Assembly (NCBI GenBank): GCA_002686365.1
Contig: NZBZ01000001.1
Coordinates: 58,405 to 122,404, forward strand
Direction: 5' to 3'
From: a bacterium
GTDB taxonomy: Bacteria; Patescibacteriota; Minisyncoccia; UBA6257; GWB1-50-10
DNA length: 64,000 nt
Part shown: piece by piece, positions 9,351-17,781 of the stretch
Numbering within the stretch: position 1 is the first letter of the stretch
Layout: every line of letters begins with the position of its first letter
Notes under the pieces: generated by a model
What the model was told of the DNA's origin: nothing
Databases searched by the model: none
What the model saw: only the letters and a program-made list of their open reading frames with translations
Translations under genes and position numbers: made by a program

Positions 9351-9379
9351 ATTTTATTGGTGGTTTGGTGTTTTGTCAA
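9351..9379 (-). promoter_or_regulatory. sigma70 promoter of Leu leader
   Basis: TTGACA-17 nt-TAAAAT. Confidence 0.8.
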
Positions 9380-9445
9380 CTCCGTTAGAGCTTGTCTTTT
9401 TGCCGAAAGCGAAACGAACTTAGGGACAAGCTCTAACGGGGTCAA
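9375..9445. repeat. Palindromic insertion with 15-bp arms and GTCAA flanking duplication
   Basis: CCGTTAGAGCTTGTC (9382-9396) / GACAAGCTCTAACGG (9425-9439). Confidence 0.75.
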
Positions 9446-9532
9446 TTTTTAGGCTGTGGATAAAGAAAATGCCTCCGAGGGGTTGCCTGGAGGCGTGATG
9501 TGAGGATGATGATTCCTCGGTTCGTGGTTGTG

Positions 9533-10042
9533 TCAGTCTGGACAGCGAAGATCGTCTGCGCGATGTGTTTCTGCGACTTCGTCGAGCATTCCGTCGCATT
9601 CTTTCTGTATCCTGCGCGCGGCGCAGCATGCACCTGCTTGCCAGTTTAGAAGCTCGTTGTCGCTTGGCCGTTTTCGACGTACCAGTATGTGTTTGCGGGC
9701 GTTTTGGGCCCATTCCGGCGCGTTTTCCTTCGCGTATCGTTCTGTCCGGCACCATCTTCCCCAATCACTGAGTGATCCATTGGAGAAGACTGCGACATTC
9801 CACATTCGGTCCGTTGGCCCCTCGATGTCGGAGAGTAATTGTACAGCGCGTCCTCTGTTTTCCAGCTCACGGACGAAGTCGACTGCCGCGCGATCCTCTT
9901 CTCGAGCTACGAAGACGACTGGCACGTTTTCGCGCTTACGCTGGTCTGGGGGGTTGGATCTGTATGCAGGGAATTCTTCGCACGGCCAGTCTGGATCGGG
10001 TATGTCTTCGTGGTCGGGATTGTGTTCTGCGGTGGTGTTCAC
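9533..10042 (-). CDS. Hypothetical protein (169 aa)
   Basis: GC-rich ORF; SD AAAGGA; terminator hairpin near 9466-9495. Confidence 0.65.
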   Translation of the reverse strand: MNTTAEHNPDHEDIPDPDWPCEEFPAYRSNPPDQRKRENVPVVFVAREEDRAAVDFVRELENRGRAVQLLSDIEGPTDRMWNVAVFSNGSLSDWGRWCRTERYAKENAPEWAQNARKHILVRRKRPSDNELLNWQAGACCAARRIQKECDGMLDEVAETHRADDLRCPD

Positions 10043-10074
10043 ACACGGATTCCTTTGTTGGGAGGGGTTGGGGC

Positions 10075-10320
10075 TCAGGAGGCGAAGACGACGTCTTGAG
10101 TTACATAGAAGTCGGTGATGGGATCGAGTGCTGGTTTGCTGACCTTTTTCGGCCTAGGCGGTCTGGCCTCTGGCAGGCCCATTTCACGCCTTAGGGCATG
10201 CCAGCGTTCCCTGAGGCCACGCCTCTTTTTGGGGTCGAGTCCCATCCTCTCAAGCTGTTTTGTGATCCACGCGAGTTCTTCCTTGGGCGTTATCTTGCGC
10301 TCGGCTCCTGTATTAGTCAC
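10075..10320 (-). CDS. Hypothetical basic protein (81 aa)
   Basis: SD AGGAGG before GTG start. Confidence 0.65.
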   Translation of the reverse strand: MTNTGAERKITPKEELAWITKQLERMGLDPKKRRGLRERWHALRREMGLPEARPPRPKKVSKPALDPITDFYVTQDVVFAS

Positions 10321-10511
10321 TCTCTTCCTCCTGTTCTGGTGACAGACATTTCTTGGTATCTGAACCGCTCGTCTTGTCGCGAGGAAGGTCGGAATGTCTT
10401 TCGCCCTGTGCTCGGGAGAATTGGCAGTGTTCTCCGTTTGGGTTTTGTAAAGAGCGTTGGTTTCTGTCTACGTTCGGCACTTTGTCACGTTGACCAGGTG
10501 CCAAGTTAAAC

Positions 10512-10535
10512 AAAAACGCCTCCCGATTGGGAGGT
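10512..10535 (-). terminator. Attenuator terminator (third leader)
   Basis: ACCTCCC-AATC-GGGAGGC-GTTTTT. Confidence 0.8.
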
Positions 10536-10561
10536 CTGCAGCATTATTTATTATGTTTAAG

Positions 10562-10639
10562 CTATATATGCAAAACTCCCAACCGTTTGAAGGTCTTCTT
10601 TTCTATCTTGATGACAATAAGACAGAGAGTTTTTTGCAT
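10562..10639 (-). CDS. Putative attenuation leader peptide MQKTLCLIVIKIEKKTFKRLGVLHI (Ile/Val/Leu or Lys)
   Basis: Starts just after TTGACA-16-TAAAAT; internal CGGTTGGGAG is complementary to the terminator 5' arm and loop CTCCCAATCG. Confidence 0.75.
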   Translation of the reverse strand: MQKTLCLIVIKIEKKTFKRLGVLHI

Positions 10640-10725
10640 TTGTTTTATTTTAATATTTTTTGTTTTTTTGTCAATTTTCTGCCTGTGGATAAGAGTTAGG
10701 GACAAGGTTTTTGTGTGTGTGCATT

Positions 10726-10765
10726 TATGTACACTCTTAATGCGACCGCATCATGAGTGTACATA
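10726..10765. repeat. 40-bp interrupted palindrome, copy 1
   Basis: TATGTACACTC-TTA-ATGCG-AC-CGCAT-CAT-GAGTGTACATA. Confidence 0.9.
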
Positions 10766-10834
10766 TGTAATTTAAAAAAAGCACGCCTTTGCGGGGGCGT
10801 GCGTGTGATGTAGCCTCTTTTGTGCTGCTTGGTT

Positions 10835-11035
10835 TTATCGCTGCCTTTCTAGCCTTCTCCTTTCTTTAGGCATTAGAGTGCTTTCTAGCTTTCTTAGTCG
10901 ATCTCTTCGCTTTGCGATTTCGTGCTGAGACATGTTCTCGCGTATCTGGGGGGTTTCCAGCTTACGGCGAAGAGATTCTGCTTCGACTTCGTAATTGTCG
11001 AGGCGGCGTTGAGTTAGGTCTAAGTGGGTTTCCAC
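10835..11035 (-). CDS. Hypothetical coiled-coil protein (66 aa)
   Basis: Only ORF between the fourth attenuator and terminator GCACGCC-CCGCAAA-GGCGTGC-T7 (~10774-10802). Confidence 0.65.
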   Translation of the reverse strand: METHLDLTQRRLDNYEVEAESLRRKLETPQIRENMSQHEIAKRRDRLRKLESTLMPKERRRLERQR

Positions 11036-11152
11036 AGCGATGTTCCCTGTTATTGTGTCGCATTTCGAGTCAGGAATGCGACTGGTTGAGAATGTGCGAA
11101 ATGACTGCTTTTGACCCGAACGCTGATCATTGTCTTGAGCAGTGTTCGAATT

Positions 11153-11177
11153 AAAAACGCCCCTTGCTGGGGGTTTT
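11153..11177 (-). terminator. Attenuator terminator (fourth leader)
   Basis: AAAACCCCC-AGCAA-GGGGCGTTTTT. Confidence 0.8.
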
Positions 11178-11204
11178 GAGTTCTTGTGTTATTTATTTAG
11201 ATGC

Positions 11205-11282
11205 TCAAAATCTCCAGCAGAAGGGTTGTGATGGTGCCGGCATTGCTGGAACAACTAGTGTGATGAGAGTTTTTAATTTCAT
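11205..11282 (-). CDS. Putative attenuation leader peptide MKLKTLITLVVPAMPAPSQPFCWRF (Pro/Ala or branched-chain/Thr)
   Basis: After TTGACA-16-TAAAAT; TGCTGGAGATTTTGAG pairs with CTCAAAACCCCCAGCA. Confidence 0.75.
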   Translation of the reverse strand: MKLKTLITLVVPAMPAPSQPFCWRF

Positions 11283-11362
11283 TGTTAATCTTATTTTAGC
11301 CTTATCTTTTTTCTTGTCAATTATGACATGTGGATAGAGTTGAATTATAATGGTGGTGACTT

Positions 11363-14300
11363 ATGACTTCAAAATTTGTCCATCTTCATACCCATAGTCA
11401 CTATTCCCTTTTAGATGGGCTTTCTAAGGTTCCAGAACTTGTGGCGCAGGCAAAGGAGCTTGGCATGGATGCAGTAGCTTTAACTGATCATGGAAATTTA
11501 TATGGAGCAGTTGAGTTTTATAAAGCAGCAAAAGAGGCGGGAATAAAACCTATCTTTGGGTGTGAGTTGTATCTTACTCCCGGAAGTAGGCATGATAAGC
11601 GAGCAAAGATTGATGATACTCGCTATCACTTGCCCTTGCTTGTAAAGAATGAGACTGGCTGGAAGAACTTACTTCAGCTTGTGACTAGGGCACACTTGGA
11701 AGGATTCTATTATAAGCCGCGGGTGGATAAGGAGCTTTTGGAAAAGCATCACGAGGGTTTAGTTTGTCTTGGCGGATGTCTTTCTGGTGAGGTGTCAAAG
11801 CTCATTGAGCTTGGAAGAGAGGCAGAGGCAGAGGAGGCGCTTAAGTTTTATCAATCTCTTTTTGGAGAGGATTATTACTTTGAGATTCAGCCGCATAATG
11901 AAAAGGAAATAAATGAGAAGCTTATTGCGTTTGCGAACAAGCATTCACTTCAAATTGTTGCTACTTGTGATGCTCATTATATACATAAGGATGATAAGGC
12001 TGCGCATGAGATTCTTTTAGCAGTACAGACTGGCACGAAGGTAGATGATGAGAAGCGACTTACTTTGGAGGACATGGATCTTCATTTGAAGTCAGGAGAT
12101 GAGGTTGCCGCAGAGTTTCCTCAAATGCCTGAGGCATTAGAGAATACTGTGAAAGTTGCGGACAAGTGTAATTTTGAACTTGAGCTTGATAAGGTGCTTC
12201 TTCCCAAATTTCCTATTCCAGAGCAAGGAATGGATGCAATGGGATATTTGTGGAAGCTTGTGGAGGAACGGGTGCCGGAGAGATTTTCTGAAGTTTCTGA
12301 TGAAGTTCAAGAGCGGCTCAAGATGGAATTGGACGTTATTTCAAAAACCGGGTATGAGGATTACTTCTTGATTGTTCAGGATTTTATTCGGTGGGCAAAG
12401 CTTCATGGCATTGTTGTGGGGCCGGGCAGAGGATCTGCTGCAGGAAGTATGGTTTCTTATGTGTTAGGTATTACAAATATCGATCCTTTGAAGTACGACT
12501 TGCTTTTTGAACGATTTTTGAATCCAGAGCGTATTCAGATGCCTGATATTGATATTGATTTTACTGATGTACGAAGAGATGAGGTAATTTCCTATGTGCG
12601 GGAGAAGTATGGTAGTGACGCAGTTGCTCAAATTATTACGTTTGGAACTATGGCTGCTCGGGCTGCTGTTCGAGATACTACCCGGGCCCTTGGAATTTCG
12701 TATGACGTTGGAGACAGGATTGCTAAGCTCATCCCCTTTAATGCGGGACTTGAGGATGCATTTCAGGATGTTCCTGAATTGAAGCAGATGTATGAACGTG
12801 ATGAAGAGGTAAAGAAGGTTATTGATCAGGCAAAGCGTTTGGAAGGCACTGTGCGTCATGCGTCTGTTCATGCATGCGGAATTGTGATTGCGCCGGAGCC
12901 ATTGGTTAATATGCTGCCTCTGCAGTACGCGCCCCAAGGCGATAAGACAGTTCTTACGCAGTTTGAGATGCATGGCGTTGAGGACATGGGCTTGCTTAAG
13001 ATGGACTTTTTGGGGCTCAAGAACTTGACCATTATTGAGCGTACCCTTCGACTTATTAAGGAGCTGCGTGGAGAGGAAATAAATATGGATACATTGCCGC
13101 TTGACGACAAGAAGACGTTTGAGCTTTTTCGATCTGGGGATACGACTGGGGTATTTCAGCTTGAGTCGTCAGGCATGAGGCGGTATTTGAAGGAGCTAAA
13201 GCCTACGGAGCTTGAGGACATTATTGCAATGATAGCTTTATATCGGCCGGGGCCCATGGAACTTATTCCATCTTATATTCGGCGTAAGCATGGGAAGGAG
13301 GAGGTTACTTATTTGCATCCGAAGCTTGAGCCGATTTTGGGCAATACGTATGGCATTGGTATTTATCAGGAGCAGATGATGAGAATTGCGCGTGATTTGG
13401 CAGGATATAGTTTGGGCGAGGGTGATGTTCTTCGGAAAGCAATTGGAAAGAAAATTAAGTCGCTTTTGGATGAACAGCAGGAAAAGATTGTAAAGCAGAT
13501 GATTGAAAATGGAATTGACGAAAAGACAGCAAATGAGATTTGGGAGCTCTTTCCCCCATTTGCTCGGTATGGATTTAACCGGAGTCATAGTGCGGCCTAC
13601 GCTATGATTAGTTTTCAGACCGCGTATTTGAAGGCTAACTACCCTGTAGAGTTTGCAACTAGTCTGCTTAATGTATCTGGAAGTGATGTGGAGCGGATTA
13701 CGTTTTTGGTTTCTGAGGTGCGGCGGCTTGGGATTGAGGTTTTGGCTCCGGATGTGAATCAGAGTTTTGAAGACTTTGCAGTGGATTCTTCAGGCGAAAA
13801 GCCGGCTATTCGGTTTGGGCTTTTTAAGGTGAAGAATTTGGGCGTGAATATTGTGAATGAGATTATTGAGAATCGTCGGCGAGGCGGGCCGTATAAGGAC
13901 TTGGGAGATTTTTTGGCGCGGGTTCAGCATAGAGATATGAATAAGAAGTCTTTGGATAGTTTGATTAAATGCGGGGCATTAAGTTCATTTAATATTCGGC
14001 GGAGTCAGCTTATTGGAAATTTGGATGAGTTCCTAAGGTTTAATCAGGCAGCAAAGAAACTTTCTTCCAGTAATCAGAATGGACTTTTTGGAAATAGTAT
14101 TCCCTCTACTTCTTTGAAGCTTAAAGAAGTTGAGGACTATGGAACTATTAAGATTTTGGCTTGGGAAAAGGAGCTTTTGGGTCTGTATCTTACTGATCAT
14201 CCATTTCGTCCTTATTTGAAGCATGAGAAGGTGAAGAAGCTTGCTATGTCTATACAAGATGTGCGTGAAGTGCCTTTGAGACGGGGCAGGTCTGATAGAA

Positions 14301-14548
14301 TTGTGATTGCTGGAATTATTACAACATTGCAGAAGATTTTGACAAAGAATGGAGATCCTATGATTTTTGTTACGATTGAGGATCATACGGACTCTATAGA
14401 GTGTTTGGTATTTTCAGATCTTTTGGAGCAGTCAAAGGGTGTGTGGGTAGAAGGAACTGCGATTATTACGCGTGGGAGGATGTCTGCGAGGAATGGAGAG
14501 GCAAAGTTTATTTGTGAGGAAGTGCGGGAGCTTAGTGCAGAAAAGTAA
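11363..14548 (+). CDS. dnaE: DNA polymerase III alpha subunit
   Basis: PHP domain HLHTHSHYSLLDG, GPGRGSAAGS, PDIDIDF, C-terminal OB fold. Confidence 0.98.
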   Translation: MTSKFVHLHTHSHYSLLDGLSKVPELVAQAKELGMDAVALTDHGNLYGAVEFYKAAKEAGIKPIFGCELYLTPGSRHDKRAKIDDTRYHLPLLVKNETGWKNLLQLVTRAHLEGFYYKPRVDKELLEKHHEGLVCLGGCLSGEVSKLIELGREAEAEEALKFYQSLFGEDYYFEIQPHNEKEINEKLIAFANKHSLQIVATCDAHYIHKDDKAAHEILLAVQTGTKVDDEKRLTLEDMDLHLKSGDEVAAEFPQMPEALENTVKVADKCNFELELDKVLLPKFPIPEQGMDAMGYLWKLVEERVPERFSEVSDEVQERLKMELDVISKTGYEDYFLIVQDFIRWAKLHGIVVGPGRGSAAGSMVSYVLGITNIDPLKYDLLFERFLNPERIQMPDIDIDFTDVRRDEVISYVREKYGSDAVAQIITFGTMAARAAVRDTTRALGISYDVGDRIAKLIPFNAGLEDAFQDVPELKQMYERDEEVKKVIDQAKRLEGTVRHASVHACGIVIAPEPLVNMLPLQYAPQGDKTVLTQFEMHGVEDMGLLKMDFLGLKNLTIIERTLRLIKELRGEEINMDTLPLDDKKTFELFRSGDTTGVFQLESSGMRRYLKELKPTELEDIIAMIALYRPGPMELIPSYIRRKHGKEEVTYLHPKLEPILGNTYGIGIYQEQMMRIARDLAGYSLGEGDVLRKAIGKKIKSLLDEQQEKIVKQMIENGIDEKTANEIWELFPPFARYGFNRSHSAAYAMISFQTAYLKANYPVEFATSLLNVSGSDVERITFLVSEVRRLGIEVLAPDVNQSFEDFAVDSSGEKPAIRFGLFKVKNLGVNIVNEIIENRRRGGPYKDLGDFLARVQHRDMNKKSLDSLIKCGALSSFNIRRSQLIGNLDEFLRFNQAAKKLSSSNQNGLFGNSIPSTSLKLKEVEDYGTIKILAWEKELLGLYLTDHPFRPYLKHEKVKKLAMSIQDVREVPLRRGRSDRIVIAGIITTLQKILTKNGDPMIFVTIEDHTDSIECLVFSDLLEQSKGVWVEGTAIITRGRMSARNGEAKFICEEVRELSAEK

Positions 14549-14549
14549 A

Positions 14550-14700
14550 TATATTTTCCTCATTCACAAGTCTCCGCGTATTGTAATTCTTTACTCGCTC
14601 ATTACGCTCATTTCCCACCCTGCTTCGCGGGTACCCGGTGAATGAGCTATTTGCTCGTAGAATTACTAATACGCTTTGACACGTTCATTGCGGAAAATAT
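14550..14700. repeat. Long imperfect inverted-repeat (MITE-like) element
   Basis: ATATTTTCC/GGAAAATAT, GCGTATT/AATACGC, GTAATTCT/AGAATTAC, GCTCATT/AATGAGC nested arms. Confidence 0.7.
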
Positions 14701-14897
14701 CTTTACTTTTTGGAGTATGTTGTTTGCACTTCCATATGGGGTTATGGGTTGAGTTATAATTGAAATCCCTCGTCGCCATAGCTTCTCGGGACACTCAATT
14801 TCGTAGCTTCTCCGCCAGTTGGCGGATCAGACGAAATTGGTGGGTGGAGGGGGTCTGTAGGTACTTTATTCGATGCACTGCATCGAATAAAGGGCAT

Positions 14898-14931
14898 AAA
14901 AAAAGACCGGCAAGCGTGTTGCTTTGCCGGG
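14898..14931 (-). terminator. Intrinsic terminator of micro-ORF unit
   Basis: CCGGCAA...TTGCCGG followed by TCTTTTTTT. Confidence 0.7.
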
Positions 14932-14968
14932 GTTGCGATACGGCTCCGTTGGGCTGACGGGCCGGCGA

Positions 14969-14995
14969 CTATAGGAAGCGGAAGCGCGTTTTCAT
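14969..14995 (-). CDS. 8-aa micropeptide MKTRFRFL
   Basis: Strong SD AAAGGAGG 6 nt before ATG; last ORF before terminator. Confidence 0.45.
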   Translation of the reverse strand: MKTRFRFL

Positions 14996-15044
14996 CGCGT
15001 TCCTCCTTTGTTGTAGGTCGACTCGGCTTGGACGTTGATTGTCA

Positions 15045-15140
15045 TCAGAAGACGAAGAACGACGAGAGTGCGATGGCCGACATGGGAAGTGCCCAGGACA
15101 ATCTGAGTAGGAAGAAGGTCAGTCCTCCCTCTTTTTTCAT
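15045..15140 (-). CDS. 31-aa hydrophobic peptide MKKEGGLTFFLLRLSWALPMSAIALSSFFVF
   Basis: SD GGAG; start/stop overlaps with neighbours on both sides. Confidence 0.45.
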   Translation of the reverse strand: MKKEGGLTFFLLRLSWALPMSAIALSSFFVF

Positions 15141-15505
15141 GACAGCTCCATGGAGGTTAAGGCCTCGGTTGTCAGGCGTTCATCAGCGTGTGGAGTCCTA
15201 AGACCAGAGCGGGCGCCAACGCTCCTGCGAAGACTTTGAATCGGTTCCTGTATGCCCATCTGAGCAGTCTCATCAATGCGTTCCTTATGGGTTGTAGAAA
15301 AGGGGCCCGTCGAGGCGCGTGACAAGCGCCGCGAGCTCGTATGGGCCCGCTGCCGGGAAGTTAGAGGCTCTAAACAAGAGGGCTGTCCGCCCTAGCCATA
15401 AGAAGTCAATCCCTCTTGTTTCAACCTATTTTCATAGTATCATATTTTGTGATTGTGTCACGATGGGTTTTAGAAGTTTCATATAGCGTGTATAATCGTA
15501 TATGT

Positions 15506-16726
15506 ATGTCAAAAAAGGAAAAAGTAGATCATAAGATTTTAGGTCGGGAGTTGGATTTATTTGCTTTTTCAGGCCTTATTGGATCTGGACTTCCTCTCTG
15601 GACACCTAAGGGCGCGATTTTGTCGCGTCTTTTAGATGATTTTGTGTGGGAACTTCGAAAGAAGCGAGGGTACGCTCGGGTTGATATTCCCTACATTACG
15701 AAAAAGGATTTATTTGTGAAGAGTGGGCATTGGGATAAGTTTAAGGATGAACTTTTTAAGATGAAGAGTCGGGATGGACATGTATTTGCTTTAAAGCCAA
15801 TGAACTGTCCGTTTCATACTCAGATTTATGATCGGCGTCCGCATAGTTATCGTGAACTCCCACAGCGGTACTCGAATACTACACAAATGTATCGTGATGA
15901 GCAGACAGGTGAGCTTCAGGGACTTTCTCGTGTTCGAGGAATAACTATTGATGATGCTCATGTGTTTTGTCGTGATAATCAGGTTGTAGAGGAGGCAGAT
16001 AAGATTTGGGACATTATTGAAGAGTTTTACGGCGCGTTTGACTTCCCTCTTGATATTCGTCTTTCTTTTCATGATCCAAAAGAGATGGATAAGTATATTG
16101 GAGACGAGGAAGTGTGGAAAAGAGCAGAAGATGAGCTTCGGAAGCTTGTAAAGAGTAGAAAGGTGAAAGCTCCTGAAGTTCTTGGCGAGGCAGCGTTTTA
16201 TGGACCAAAGATTGATTTTGTGAGTAAGGATTCTTTGGGTCGGGAGTGGCAGGTTGCAACAATTCAGCTTGATATGAATTTACCGGAGCGATTTGATTTA
16301 ACCTGCGTGAATGAAAAGGGTGAGAATGAGCAGATTGTGATGCTTCATGCTGCTATCATGGGGTCTATTGAGCGATTCTTGGCAGTTCTTATTGAGCATT
16401 ATGTGGGAGCATTTCCTTTATGGCTTGCGCCAGTTCAGGTTGCAGTGTTGCCCATCTCAAAGAAGCAGAAGGCATATGCTTCTTCTGTTTTGTCTGAGCT
16501 TGAAGATGCTGGAGTTCGTGTGGAAGCACATGACTCAAATGAGACAATTGGAAAGCGTATTCGGGAGGCGGAAACTCAAAAGATTCCATATATTTTTGTT
16601 GTTGGCGATAAGGAGAAGGCAGTAAAATCTGTTGCAGTTCGGAAACATGGAAAGGGTGATTTAGGCGTGAAGAAGCTAAAGACATTTATCCCCACTATTT
16701 TAAAAGAAATTGAACTTAAGAAATAA
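15506..16726 (+). CDS. thrS: Threonyl-tRNA synthetase, short form (no N-terminal TGS/editing domains)
   Basis: DHKILGRELDLF, LKPMNCPFH, AFYGPKID, HAAIMGSIERF; start placed at ATG after TATAAT. Confidence 0.96.
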   Translation: MSKKEKVDHKILGRELDLFAFSGLIGSGLPLWTPKGAILSRLLDDFVWELRKKRGYARVDIPYITKKDLFVKSGHWDKFKDELFKMKSRDGHVFALKPMNCPFHTQIYDRRPHSYRELPQRYSNTTQMYRDEQTGELQGLSRVRGITIDDAHVFCRDNQVVEEADKIWDIIEEFYGAFDFPLDIRLSFHDPKEMDKYIGDEEVWKRAEDELRKLVKSRKVKAPEVLGEAAFYGPKIDFVSKDSLGREWQVATIQLDMNLPERFDLTCVNEKGENEQIVMLHAAIMGSIERFLAVLIEHYVGAFPLWLAPVQVAVLPISKKQKAYASSVLSELEDAGVRVEAHDSNETIGKRIREAETQKIPYIFVVGDKEKAVKSVAVRKHGKGDLGVKKLKTFIPTILKEIELKK

Positions 16727-17693
16727 AGTTCTTGTTATTGTTGGGCCAACCGCGTCTGGAAAGAGCGAGATGGCTGTAAAACTCGCCAAGAAATTTAATG
16801 GCGAGGTTATTTCTGCTGACTCTAGACAGGTGTATCGCGGAATGGATATTGGCACGGGTAAGGTGCCGATTTTGTTCGAGCCGCCAGTTGGCGGAGAGAA
16901 TACAAAATCGAGCATCCCGCCTCTTGGGCAGAGGGGCGGGGGTCCTATGTTTTATAAAGGCGTAAGGCATTACTTGATTAATGTAGCGTCACCCAAGAGG
17001 ACGTTTACAGTGGTTCAGTATCAGAGATTGGCTAAGAAAGCATTAAATAGGATTCTGAAGCGTGGGAAATTGCCCATAATCGCGGGTGGGACGGGTTTTT
17101 ATATTAATGCCTTGGTTCATGGTCAATCTTTTCCTCCTGTGTCTGCACAGCCAAAATTGAGGCGAGAGCTTGAGAAGTTGTTTTTGGAGGAGTTATTTGA
17201 ACGATTGGAGAAGATGGATCCGGACAGAGCTTCTGAAATTGATAAGAAAAATAAGCGGCGACTTATTCGAGCTTTGGAAGTTGTGACAGTGAGTGGTCAG
17301 TCTTCTAAAAAAATTAATGTTTGGAAGTCCGACTTCCAAGTATTGAAGGTGGGGATTTTGGTTGAGCAGGAGGAGTTGCGTAAGAGGATTGAAAAGAGGT
17401 TTGATGAGTGGATTAAGAATGGATTTTTGGATGAGGTTCGGAGTTTAAGGGAGCCCTTCGACTCTGCTCAGGGTAAAATGGGCTTGAGCTGGAAGAGGAT
17501 TGAAAGTTTTGGGCTGAATTATCGCGCGGCTGCGGAATATCTGCAGCAAAAAATCTCCAAGGAGGAGATGAAAGAGAAGTCTTTGAAAGAGATTTATAAG
17601 TATGCAAAGCGGCAGATGACGTGGTTTCGGAAAGATAAGAGTATTAAGTGGGTTCGTGCGTATGAAGATGTAGAGAAATTCGTAACTTTGTAA
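16710..17693 (+). CDS. miaA: tRNA dimethylallyltransferase
   Basis: GPTASGKS, ISADSRQVYRGMDIGTGK, GGTGFY, YAKRQMTWF. Confidence 0.96.
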   Translation: MNLRNKVLVIVGPTASGKSEMAVKLAKKFNGEVISADSRQVYRGMDIGTGKVPILFEPPVGGENTKSSIPPLGQRGGGPMFYKGVRHYLINVASPKRTFTVVQYQRLAKKALNRILKRGKLPIIAGGTGFYINALVHGQSFPPVSAQPKLRRELEKLFLEELFERLEKMDPDRASEIDKKNKRRLIRALEVVTVSGQSSKKINVWKSDFQVLKVGILVEQEELRKRIEKRFDEWIKNGFLDEVRSLREPFDSAQGKMGLSWKRIESFGLNYRAAAEYLQQKISKEEMKEKSLKEIYKYAKRQMTWFRKDKSIKWVRAYEDVEKFVTL

Positions 17694-17781
17694 AACGGGA
17701 AGGAGGTCACACACTAGGCGGACCTCCTCGTAACCATCCGTGATGGTTCCTGTTTTTGGGCTAGCGAGCGATTATTGTGCG

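Noticed and set aside
5733-11337. Prophage or IS origin for the GC-rich island
   Set aside because: No integrase, transposase or structural genes and no att repeats; units have individual native-type promoters.
15330-15505. T-box riboswitch upstream of thrS
   Set aside because: No T-box consensus; thrS starts 9 nt after a TATAAT, and the structured segment belongs to the divergent unit.
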